Position numbers and translations under genes: made by a program | In this document: positions 25,430-37,359 of the stretch, in pieces | How the letters are laid out: each line of letters opens with the position of its first letter | Position numbering within the stretch: the stretch's first letter is position 1 | The notes under the pieces: generated by a model | Told to the model about the DNA's origin: nothing | Database searches by the model: none | What the model saw: only the letters and a program-made list of their open reading frames with translations | Assembly: GCF_000485595.1 (NCBI RefSeq) | Contig: NW_014577074.1 | Span: 1,247,420 to 1,311,419 of the forward strand | DNA from: Priapulus caudatus | Lineage: Eukaryota | Reading direction: 5' to 3' | Length of the DNA stretch: 64,000 nucleotides

Positions 25430-26641
25430 CTTATTACATGCAAAGTTTACATTGATAACTATCTAAAATAGATAATGCCTGGATATATAGCTACCTGGGA
25501 CAGCTTTACGTACAGGTGTAGCGCCTTATCTCTGCCACAGGTCTACACAACAACATATTATAAGCAGAGTTCTCCCCAGGATGAAATTCAAACAGGGGGG
25601 AGAGGAGGGGAGGGGGAGGGGGAGGGGAAACTAGGGGGTCGCGGGGCGTGTATTTTTACCGTACCACTAATTAATGCGTAAAATCGCCACCACACCATAC
25701 GACGGTATTTGGAGTTCATGTATATATAAGATAGCCGAGTCGGTGTACAGGTTAGTGTTGGTGCGGGACAGGTTAACTGTTTGCGCTTGTGTATTGTCTG
25801 CAGTGCATGCGTGGTACGGCTAAAAATACACGCGTCGGGTGTCCCTGGTCGAATGGGAATTCTTGACGATCGATTCCCGCCGCTGGCCAAACTTTTATGT
25901 GTGAGGAATTTAATCGAGGCGGAGGTAATTTAAAACGGGCGCGCAACGATTGAAACAGGCGGGGAGTTTTCCCAAACGGGCGCGCGCGCCCCGTTTGCGC
26001 AACGTAGAGAGAACCCTGATAAGTACATCTGGTCAGGAATTTAAATTTGCAACATGCCGAGTAACTGCATAGTAGCACCACTACTATTTCTATTTCAACA
26101 TGATACAGATCTATGTTAGAAATGGGATAGTTTGTGTTTTGACTTCAAGTGGCTAGCTAAAGCCAGTACTTAGTTATTTTGCTGGCTAGCATGACTTTTT
26201 ATTGTGCAGCAGGCTACAGCATTGCCATCCATGCCCGCAAAGATTTACCGGGTTCTTGCAAATTTTCCTGTACAGCCCTGTAACAGAGAAAAGGGCTACA
26301 TGGGTGGATCGTAGAGCTAATACTGAGAAAGAAATCGATCTTATCTGAGAATAGTGTCTGTGTAGGGATATACTTTTATCACACTGTTATCTACTTATCT
26401 ATTCCAACTAACATCATTTTTTGTAATTTAACCTGTACATCTGCTTGTGAAACTAACAGTGATTAGACACTACCATGTAATAAAAGCCTACTTGTAATAA
26501 ATGACTCCTAGACACAGACAACTATAAATCAGTACAAGGCACACACGCAAGTCTAGCTCCATGAAAAGGACCCACATCGACAAACCTAAGCAGCGGTGTG
26601 TCCACTCAGTCGCCCGACTCAATCGCCTAGTGTGTCCCAAG

Positions 26642-26684
26642 CACTGATCTCTATCATACTAACTTAGTATAATAGAGATCTGTG
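26642..26684. mobile_element. 43-bp palindromic micro-insertion with 8-bp TSD (P-element-like footprint)
   Basis: GTCCCAAG-cactgatctctatcatactaacttagtataatagagatctgtg-GTCCCAAG. Confidence 0.75.
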
Positions 26685-27917
26685 GTCCCAAGCAGCAATT
26701 AAGCTTAACACACACCACCACACACGCTTAGAAAGTTTCAACAATAAAATTATGATAAATTGTTGCTACCATTTTGCTCGTTTGGGACAGTCAGTAAAAA
26801 CTGAAAATAATATGAACGCACATTCACAAATACTATCGTAGGCCCTACCTCTCAATTACAGTTCCACTGTTGTCACTGGTATATCAAATTTCCTTCATAA
26901 ACGGACTTTTACTGACTCTGACAGTCTCTGTCCCAACCCCAAGTGCCTGTGGTTTGTGTAGTGGCGAGACTGTGTGTCGCAGAGAAGCATTTGAACCGAA
27001 CGTTACGTTGTAATATTAGGCGATCGGATAGAGAATACATAGTTCGTGGTAAACACAGTCACTTTACTTTAGTTTATTATTGAAATGAAACGGCCCTAAC
27101 TAAGCACATGCCACATGACAATAATTATTGATAGATACATACTTACGAAACAAAGCCCACACTTTATTCTGTAGTGACCAGCCTGAAACTGACACTGATA
27201 GAAGTATAGAACAACTAGAGATAAGCTTTATAACTGATACGAGAACGCGCCGATGCCAAATCTCACTAATGTAATGATCTTACTCAACTGATGCATGACC
27301 TGATGGTCTTTGCACACTAGCACCACCTTTCGGACATTGTGTGAAACTACGAATTATTTACTATAATTTCTGTTATTTTTGCGTTTAATTTGCGTTAATT
27401 TATAATACGGCGTTATTTCAACAGGCAAATTTGCTAATAAGTCGTTAGGCCATATGTATTCTCCTTGATCTAATGTTTGAGGATACATATATGTTTATTA
27501 TTCGACGTAACTTAAATTTAGAGGGTAATAATCTGAAAACAAGTTTGACTGCATAATAGAGGATAATAGACTTAATAGTAGGCTACAGTTCTTTTGAAAA
27601 TACATAAGATAAAAATTTAATATGATACGATATATAAAATATTGTATAATATTTGATATGAATCAAGCAGTTTTGTGTCAACCAAAACTGGATTATTATA
27701 TTTATCTAGCCAGCGACAAATTTTATACTATTGCGGCATCTTGTAATATATTCATACATGCGTATGCGTTTTGACATTTTGTCTCATGCAAAGGTCTAAA
27801 GTCATTATTTTTACAGTATATAAATGGACGCTATTTTTATTATTATGTTACTTATTCGGCCTTATCACAGTTCATGAACGGCGATGAGTCCGGGTGGTCG
27901 AAAATTTAATTCGTTAG

Positions 27918-27922
<5 letters not shown>

Positions 27923-28005
<83 letters not shown>

Positions 28006-28015
28006 ACTATATATA
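27923..28015. repeat. (CT)n(TA)n microsatellite
   Basis: Direct reading. Confidence 0.95.
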
Positions 28016-29565
28016 AGATATGGTTATATTTTCTTAGTTGCTACAAATAGTATTGGTAATAAATAATTTTGTACATTGCGTTTTTACTACGGAGTTTGTA
28101 TGTGTAATTGTGTATGGAGCAGTACTGGGATACAGGGAAGGGAGGAACAGGAGAAGGCAATTGAAAAATGAAGTCGTAGCGGTAGGCCTACGTGCAAACG
28201 AATCATGCAGAGGAGGTGGTGGACTGGAGGAGGATGGCATGGAGAGGCAAAGAGGTAGCCCGACCAGCATCCACAGCTGTTTCACTTTCCGCCACATAGT
28301 GAAAAGCGAAAAGGTAACTCGTGGCTAGCAGAAGAGGTGAGTGGAGGATGCGTAGGAGAATATTACAGAGGGGAACGAACAAAAAAATTCAACTAGAGCA
28401 TAGAAAAGGGTGAGGAGGCGAATGAAAATGTGAAAGAGGCACACGAGAAGCAGTATTAATATCTTTGGTTTAGGCAATTATTAGTGCATATGTCATAAAC
28501 ATGATATCCAAGAGCCGTATTAGAGAGCTTAATACGCTACACTCTTCGATAGTATGCTTAGGAGTTAATCGAGACAAATTCATTTGTCCTCATTAACTCC
28601 ATGATGCCGATGGCGATGTATTCGTCTACTACCTATGAGATATGCCTATAACAAAATATTGGTTGTTATAGGCAGGGTAGTAAATGCGTACGCCGAGGAG
28701 TGGGGGGAGTGATCACGCGAAAGCGGTGGGGCTGGGGGGCACCTCACCTACGAAATTTTTTTGAAATTAGACTCGCCTCAGATGCGTTTCTTCTGCGCGA
28801 GCAGGGAGTGGGGCTCCGGACCCCCTGGATCCCCTCCCCCTGTACACGCCCTGCAGTAATTGAAATGATTTAGGTCTGCCATGTCTACAAATTATCGATA
28901 ATTAGCTGAACTTTCGAAGTGGGGCACGGAGGAAGGAGTTTTCTTTTGAATCTGCAGGGGGCATATTTGTACAGGCCATCGCCCCCTCCTTTCAGAGCGG
29001 GGGCGGGGATGCTCCCCGCGGATTTACGCCGATGGGGTTAATAGATATTCTATGGCTACTACGTCTGATGATGAACCGAAATGCGGCAGGTTAAAAACGA
29101 GTTCTGTGTTTGTGCGCGAGAGGGCAAGCACAATACGAAAGTAACGCAGCGAGTCTCTCGCTGCCCAATTTCTTGGGTCAGCAATCTCTTCACAATGTCT
29201 CAAAAGGACGACCCAATAGCCAGGCACAAAAGATTCCTATAGTGCCGTAGACAAGATTAAACCACTCTCCAATAATAGCCGTAGGTCATGGGTCGCCACA
29301 ACCGCCATGTTAGGAGAGCAAGTCACACGCAGTTGCCCGATGCTGCTGTATCTGCTAGCTGTGTGCAACGTCTGCTGTGTGCTGTCAGCTCCAGCTTACT
29401 GTTCTGCTGTAAATTGCTCGAATCGTCAGTGTCAAGGCCCGACCTGTCTTTCCTTCCCGGTTTCCCNGTGAGGAGGCGAATGAAAATGTGAAAGAGGCAC
29501 ACGAGAAGCAGTATTAATATCTTTGGTTTAGGCAATTATTAGTGCATATGTCATAAACATGATAT

Positions 29566-29742
29566 CAAGACCGTATTAAGAATGCTTAATACGCTACACT
29601 CTTGATAGTATCAGGAGTTAATGAGACAAATTAATTTGTCTCATTAACTCCTGATGCCGATGGCGATGGTATCCTTACTACCATAGATATCCTATAACAA
29701 AATATTGGTTGTTATAGGATATCTATGCTTACTACGCTCTTG
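29566..29742. mobile_element. Nested cluster of palindromic micro-insertions upstream of Nova
   Basis: Outer ATGATAT duplication. Inner palindromes at 29566-29604, 29612-29653 and 29682-29727, the last flanked by CTTACTAC on both sides. Confidence 0.75.
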
Positions 29743-29908
29743 ATGATATCCGAAGTCGCAGTGTTAAAAACGAGTTCCTGTATTTTGTGCGCGGAAGAGG
29801 GCAGCACAATACTAAAGTAAACGCAGCGAGTCTTTCGCTGCCCAATTTCTTTGCACGCACATGCAAACGCCCGGTTACCGGGAGATAAGTGTAGGCAACC
29901 GCGGCAAC

Positions 29909-30032
29909 ATGGCCTCCCCACAAGAACTGGATTCGGGAGAGACGTCGGACATGGATACTACAGACTCGCGAAAAAGGCCTTTAGATGGTGAAGTGGAATC
30001 TGGTGTTTCAAAAAGGTCACATCACGGATCAG
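29909..30032 (+). CDS. NOVA: Nova/pasilla KH-domain splicing factor, first coding exon (NLS-containing N-terminus)
   Basis: MASPQELDSGETSDMDTTDSRKRPLDGEVESGVSKRSHHGS contains the Nova DSRKRPL...KR bipartite NLS motif. Kozak-like aacATGG. Phase-1 donor CAG|gtttgc is compatible with the exon at 59994. Confidence 0.88.
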
Positions 30033-32132
30033 GTTTGCGCTTTATTAATTTTTAATCGGTTATTTGCATGTCTGTTTAGGGCTGATCATGACTAAAAAAA
30101 TAAGCAAAACAAATTTAGCCTGCCGGACCTGCAAATTCGTTGGACATCGATATCTCAATAACCTATAGTACCTATCAGCATAACTTCCATAAGTAAGAAC
30201 AAGCGTGGTTGTAATCATGGATTTGTAACTCCTTCACGGGTTAAACAAACGTTACCTTTAGTTCACCAGCGAACCCAAGATAAGGACTAAGGTTATGAAC
30301 GATTTCATAGTTATTGTGCATAATGTCACATGTGTGTATATAGGCTATAGGCCTACAGTATTGTTGTTCAATTTGAACTTCACGTCTCGTTCCACGGGCA
30401 CGTGTAAGTAGCCACAAGTGGCTAAATATGCGTTTTCAACATTGGACAGTTTACATGTACATATGTCACAATACTTCTATAAACACATAATTTCTCATTT
30501 AAAAAAACAAGTATATTTGGACCACTTGTCCCTAGAAAGATTAAGTTCAACTGAATAACAGGCATCCAATGAATAATATAATGTTTTGGTTATGTTAATA
30601 GAATTCATGATAGGCCTATTATCTAGTCATTAGTGCCCAGGGCTTATAATATGATGGGTACAAGGAAGGTCTACAGCTACACTTAAATGGTGAAAATGAT
30701 ATCTGGCGATCTGCTATTTTCCGTCTTTATTTGTGGCCGCCGATGCTGTTTTTGAGACCATTGTAAATTCGAGGAGAAAAGTAGGTAAGAACGTGCTTTG
30801 GCCTGTAAATTAGTGATTATATAGCACCAAAAATAATCACAAAGCATCCATTTCTCACAATTTTCTAGGAGGAGTTACCTACTCCCACATGCTACCCAGC
30901 AACCACCTTCAGCATTCTGAGCATATGCTGAGAGTGCTGTAATTTGGACTGGGAGGTCAGCAATTGTAGTGTTTTTCTCTTGGGTCATTCTCATTCCATA
31001 TACTCTTATTTACAGTGTTGAGATGCAAGATCCTGAGAGGCTTTATTTGTGCATGTTTAAATAGTAAGGAAACATAATGATCATAAATACAGGTTTCGAA
31101 TCTTACCACGGCAGTGACGGCACTGATGGCACGTGTCATGTTTGCTGTGTTTATTTGCCATGGTGCCCTTGAAAATTGACTGATATCAATATCAGTAAAC
31201 CACATTGGCTACCCTACCTGCTAAACATCTGTTCCCTTCCCATAAATCTTATGTATGTATCCTCTTTTGTACTACATAAAAAGGATTGCTGAAAAATAAT
31301 TGGCTATGGTAAATTGATAACACTTCTTTGAAAGAAAAGTTTGCCTGGGTGCCTTCTTAAACTTGTCATAGGTCCTAAAAATCTAAATTTATAAACTATC
31401 TTTTCAAAATCTATTCTTTTTTATTCTAGTTCGGGGTTTGCATACAGTCTACTTTTAGCTAAAAATAGTATAAATATTATTGAATAGTAATATTATGTCT
31501 GTCTATTAATATATAGAAAATGTATGTAATTTTGGAAATAAAGTTTATTAAAAAAAAGAGAAGTTAAATGAAGTTGAACCTTGGCCACCCGGCACCACCT
31601 GCACCCTTCATAGGTGTTGTCATTGTTGATTTAGGTAGGAAGCACACTGAGTGGTTGCCGTATGGTTTACAGAAGAAGTTAACTTAATTAATGTTTGAAG
31701 TTTGCCATAGATTCTCAAAATATGCTTGGAACCCTATTTCAAATAAGCATGTGACCATATTACTTAGCTTCTTCTGCTATTTAAATGAGCACACAAACAC
31801 TTATGATAACTTTATTGCATCAGATAAATTGTGGCATAGTTGTATTTGTACAATTTATGCGAAAACGTAAGGTGGCTCTAAGCCCGTGGTAATGCTTGAT
31901 ATTTACCGAAATACCAGCTTTATTTTGTTACTATATCAGCCTGTATTCATCAAAAAATATAACAAAGTGCAAGTGTATTTTAAATTTGCTATACTCATAG
32001 AGATTACCTGCTGCGTGAGGATGAAATTAAATTCGTGGAAGTAATGTGAAAAAATGTGCTCGTCAAAGTAAAGATTAAAATATTTATGAAAAGATTGCAT
32101 ACACGGTTGCATACACGGCATAGCAGCAATAA

Positions 32133-33099
32133 TGGCGCTGTCACACCAACGTATGCAAGCCAGCGTATACCGACGTATGGAAAATTTGGTGAATACGCTG
32201 GCATACGTCGAATATGTTATGGGTAAGTTTTGTATTTATATATATATAAGTTAAGAGCACACTGAAGCACGCTGGTATACGTCGTAGTACGGCGAGGTCG
32301 TCGAAAATGTTTGTGCATGCACAAAATTTTTCTGCGTATGCCCATACGTCCCGCATGTACGCGGGCCATAAGTTGTAGGTAAGTTATACGATCGTTGACA
32401 CACGTTCACACACGTTACTTGTAAGTAATACTCATAAGTCGAAATACGTTGAGATAATGTCTAGAATACCCAAAACTTATTTCTAACCTATGAGTAATGT
32501 GCTTTGAACCTATGGGTAACGTGCTTTGAACCTATGTGTAAGTTATATATATATCAAACTTGTCTCCAACGCATATTGATGGATGTAGACGTATTTGACG
32601 TGTTCCGGACGACCACAGAACTTACTGAACGTGTTTCTAACTTACAGCGACCGTATAATGGCGTATTGGCAGCGTTTAGGGGAATTGGTATATAAAAATG
32701 GTATTGGCATGTTGATACTGCGACGGTGATGTTGATACTGCGATGTCTAGTGCGGTTATGATTTGAATCCTTGAGCGGCAGCCTTTTTATAGGATACGAC
32801 ACGTGATCGTCGGCGATACGCTGCCGCGCGCTATGCATAAGTTAGACTATCGTTGGGCATAAGTTGTGAACGCCGGCAACACGCTAAGCATTCGTTGGTA
32901 TAAGTTATCTATAAGTTATTGAAACGTTTTATATAAGTTACTAATACGTTATGTATAGGTCCAACTCGTTATGAATACGCTATACATGTATACGCCCAAA
33001 ATAAATAAAAACATTGATAGTTCAGCAAATGCCAGCGTTTTAGAGAAATTTTGATACGTCGGCATACGCTGGCTAAATCGTCAAAGTGGGACAGGGCCA
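32133..33099. mobile_element. PIF/Harbinger-like MITE
   Basis: TIR TGGCGCTGTCACAC / GTGGGACAGGGCCA, subterminal agccagcgtat.ccgacgtat inverted match, and a TAA duplication. Confidence 0.75.
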
Positions 33100-35022
33100 T
33101 AAAACAGAATGGAGCATTAGTTAGCTATGATATAGCCCGTAGCTTACATTACCTTTAATAAAAGTAGATGTTAATATAGTGTCTGCAATGATGTGTGGTA
33201 GCATACATGTCATGTGGCTACTGTAAATAATTTTAAAGGCTGCATGATATTTCTGGCTAGGTTGTGTTAAGTGAGACACAGCCCTAGTTGAATTCCCACT
33301 GGTAAAACTTGTCTAGCTGTGAGTACCAGAGATGTGACCTACATGTACGTAGTACAGGTAATGGCGTGTGTAAATGATTGTGAAAATGTCCTGTATGTGC
33401 CACACCCAATATGCGCAGGTATTCTGTTGAAAATTCCATCAATTTTTAGCTTAGCCATATAATGTAGGTATTTTTAGATAGCCAGACACACTTTCTTGTG
33501 TCACTGGCTGAATGAGAGCAATAGTCCACCCCCTGATACAGATCACCAGATAATGTTCAAATGAATTTTTCATGTTAAAATGCACTGCTTATATATAGAG
33601 TTTCCTATTCATTAGTAGGAGTACTGTGCTTTTGCAATTGGGAATAAAGGAAAAGTCTGCTAAAGATTCTGTAGGCTGTGTGTCAGCTGCAATGAAAAGC
33701 ATGCCTACCCTGCTTTGTATACGATGTGATAGGCTGCACTGGTGAACATTAAAACCCTTTTAAACGTAGATAACCTATGAAAATGTTTCTCCTACGTTCA
33801 TACTGACACAACTTTTTAGATTGACTCTAGCATGTTGGGTATTTGATTATTGAACCGAAGTTGCAGTGTAATAACAGTTGTGATACATCCTCTTGGTTGA
33901 TGCTGAGCTCTCAAGATAACAGTAGTGATGTACGTCATCGCGTATGAACATTTATTCTAGCTGTCAGTAACCTCCGGATATTTTTAGTAGGAATTTTTTT
34001 TTTAGCTTGTTAGCTTTAATTTGTAGCGAAAACTGCAGCAGTGTTTCCATTCTTTGCCATACGCTTTAAAAAAAATTAGTCTGTGATGAGTCAACTTGTC
34101 ACTTGATGTATGTATTATACAATGTTGAGCAACCCATGCAGAGTGAATGTATGGTCAGTATTCAGTAATACTGCTATACATCCATTCATGGGAATTTGCA
34201 GATTGCATTTATGTGATATTATTTTAAATTGAATTGGCAGAGAGCTGTGGTAGTTCGCACATCAAAGTTAAATACTAGAATTTTTGCATTGGTCGTGCTA
34301 GTTTTCGACTGGTTTGTAATTAACTAAGATAATGTCTGCTGACTAGCACGACTTCTAGTGGTTGACTGCTGTTGCTGTTGGGCTGTTAGGCATGACTACG
34401 CGAGACAGGTGTCAGTCTAACCTGATTGCTCAGTGGCTTGTTTGTTTGTCAGCCCAAACAAGTAACACTTCAGGAAACTGTGTCACAGTGTTTGTGGGTT
34501 AGGCTGCACACTCTGTCTGGTTGACCTGGTGGTGGGGGTCACTATACGCATTTTATGCAAGGGTAGGTTGGCGCAAAGGGAGGATATATATATATATATA
34601 TATAATATAATTATATGCATACACATACATGTAAAGCTAGGGATAACAAGGAAAGGGAAAATATGAAATAGGAGAGTGAGTTTAAGTAGTAACAACAAAT
34701 TAGGACAACAGAGGAAGTGGTAGTGAAATGATGGTATCACTGAGTAACATTGCGTGTCTAATACCATGATGTAATACCATGATTATACCATCATGATATT
34801 CTAGGTAGAGTTTCCATAGATAATAATGACGTACGTTTTATATCATTAAGCAAACGTGTCAGCTCTACTATGTCTAATAGAGCCAATTAACGAGTGCTCT
34901 TCGATCGTAAAGTGGGGACAGTGGTTGGCTGGCTGGGGGGCTGATTGACTGTGGGATTGCTGTGGATTCTGTACAGGCACTGCAGTGAAGGAAATAATTC
35001 TTCTTGCGTCCACAATCATTAA

Positions 35023-36162
35023 AGCTCGGCGCACACGTGAGTAATTTTACTCAGTAAAATGATGCATGCGTCAAAATACTCACGTGTGCGCCGGATTTTA
35101 CTTGAGTTTTCTGACGCATGCATCAAGAAACTCAATATCAAACATGTTTGATAATTTTTGACTTGCACGTCAAAATACTCAACGGTTGCGCGCTACCTGC
35201 GTAAATTTACTCAACACTGGTACTCACAGTGCATGCGTTTAAAGGGATCCTTTAATCTAGGTTCTAGGCTTATTTTCAGTTAATTTAGGTTAAAATTATG
35301 CTACATAACAAGTTTCATATGGTTCAATCAACATTAGAAATTTTTTTTTAAATGTTTTAAAACTAACGACTACAGTTTGATTACAACGACGGTGGCGCCA
35401 CTCAAAGCACACGATCTGAAAAGTTATGCAAAACGACTTTTCAGCCAAAGGCTACAGATCAAGGGTGTTTCTTATTTATTAATTTAAAAGCAAAAGGATT
35501 GTAATATCTTATAAACGACATATAGTTTCAGTTATATCATGGATAAATTTGTCCTAAAATGAACATCGTTTGGTTAAATAGCATTTAGTTATAAATATAA
35601 TTTGATCTTTGTGATTAGCCCTCGGTCTGTAACATGCAAAATATATTGGGAAATGAGCAACTTTTTCAGGGTGGCAGCACGGTCGCAGGTGTCATGGCGC
35701 CGTTCCAATTTCGTAGCGTTGATCAGTGATGTATAACTAATTATAACAATTAAATTAGGTATCTGGTAATAAGTACGTGTGGGTATAGACGATTTGCTAT
35801 ACAGTAAGTACAGTTGTATGCAGTAAAATCCTAGAGTCTAGTATCCCTTTAAATCATTTTAAAGATGGCTGCGCTCAGTATAGTCTCGGATGTTTTATGG
35901 AAGATAAATTGGTGGATTTTTGGCCTGATTATGAATGCTTATACGTCGTTAGTAGCCCAGATTTTAAAGATAGGAAGAAAAGGGAACCACAGTAAAAGAA
36001 ACAATGAAATCTCTTCATCTTCAGAGGCAGACGAACTATCGGTATCCGCCATTTTGTACAGTCACGTGGTCTACAAATCACTACTTATGCCTTGAGTAAT
36101 TTTACTCGCGTGTGCGGCGGACGCTGAAAATATTTCACGTGAGTATTTTGACGCATGCGTCA
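35023..36162. mobile_element. MITE with tgagtaattttactc / gcatgcgtcaaaatactcacgtg inverted subterminal repeats; hosts Kolobok copy 3; right end runs into the gap
   Basis: 35036-35090 is inverted relative to 36093-36162. Confidence 0.6.
35243..35848. mobile_element. Kolobok-like MITE copy 3 (uninterrupted, ~606 bp)
   Basis: TTAA flanks and AGGGAT...ATCCCT termini. Confidence 0.85.
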
Positions 36163-37119
36163 NNNNNNNNNNNNNNNNNNNNNNNNNNNNNNNNNNNNNN
36201 NNNNNNNNNNNNNNNNNNNNNNNNNNNNNNNNNNNNNNNNNNNNNNNNNNNNNNNNNNNNNNNNNNNNNNNNNNNNNNNNNNNNNNNNNNNNNNNNNNNN
36301 NNNNNNNNNNNNNNNNNNNNNNNNNNNNNNNNNNNNNNNNNNNNNNNNNNNNNNNNNNNNNNNNNNNNNNNNNNNNNNNNNNNNNNNNNNNNNNNNNNNN
36401 NNNNNNNNNNNNNNNNNNNNNNNNNNNNNNNNNNNNNNNNNNNNNNNNNNNNNNNNNNNNNNNNNNNNNNNNNNNNNNNNNNNNNNNNNNNNNNNNNNNN
36501 NNNNNNNNNNNNNNNNNNNNNNNNNNNNNNNNNNNNNNNNNNNNNNNNNNNNNNNNNNNNNNNNNNNNNNNNNNNNNNNNNNNNNNNNNNNNNNNNNNNN
36601 NNNNNNNNNNNNNNNNNNNNNNNNNNNNNNNNNNNNNNNNNNNNNNNNNNNNNNNNNNNNNNNNNNNNNNNNNNNNNNNNNNNNNNNNNNNNNNNNNNNN
36701 NNNNNNNNNNNNNNNNNNNNNNNNNNNNNNNNNNNNNNNNNNNNNNNNNNNNNNNNNNNNNNNNNNNNNNNNNNNNNNNNNNNNNNNNNNNNNNNNNNNN
36801 NNNNNNNNNNNNNNNNNNNNNNNNNNNNNNNNNNNNNNNNNNNNNNNNNNNNNNNNNNNNNNNNNNNNNNNNNNNNNNNNNNNNNNNNNNNNNNNNNNNN
36901 NNNNNNNNNNNNNNNNNNNNNNNNNNNNNNNNNNNNNNNNNNNNNNNNNNNNNNNNNNNNNNNNNNNNNNNNNNNNNNNNNNNNNNNNNNNNNNNNNNNN
37001 NNNNNNNNNNNNNNNNNNNNNNNNNNNNNNNNNNNNNNNNNNNNNNNNNNNNNNNNNNNNNNNNNNNNNNNNNNNNNNNNNNNNNNNNNNNNNNNNNNNN
37101 NNNNNNNNNNNNNNNNNNN
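36163..37119. other. Assembly gap (N run)
   Basis: Ns. Confidence 0.99.
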
Positions 37120-37291
37120 GCAGTATTGATGGGTGGGATTGGGAATGCCGAAGCTCTGTTAGGCTGTTGATACTGTTCTAGAAATATGGGTAAATGGGCA
37201 AGAGAAACGACTACCCATAATGCTACGAACACACACACACCCCTAATGGAAATGATGTCACATTTATCCCTGTCGAAGTGTCACTAACTGA

Positions 37292-37293
<2 letters not shown>

Positions 37294-37356
<63 letters not shown>
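37294..37356. repeat. (TA)n microsatellite
   Basis: Direct reading. Confidence 0.95.

Positions 37357-37359
<3 letters not shown>

Noticed and set aside
36112..37238. ORFs made of X (also 5207-5920)
   Set aside because: They run through N gaps.
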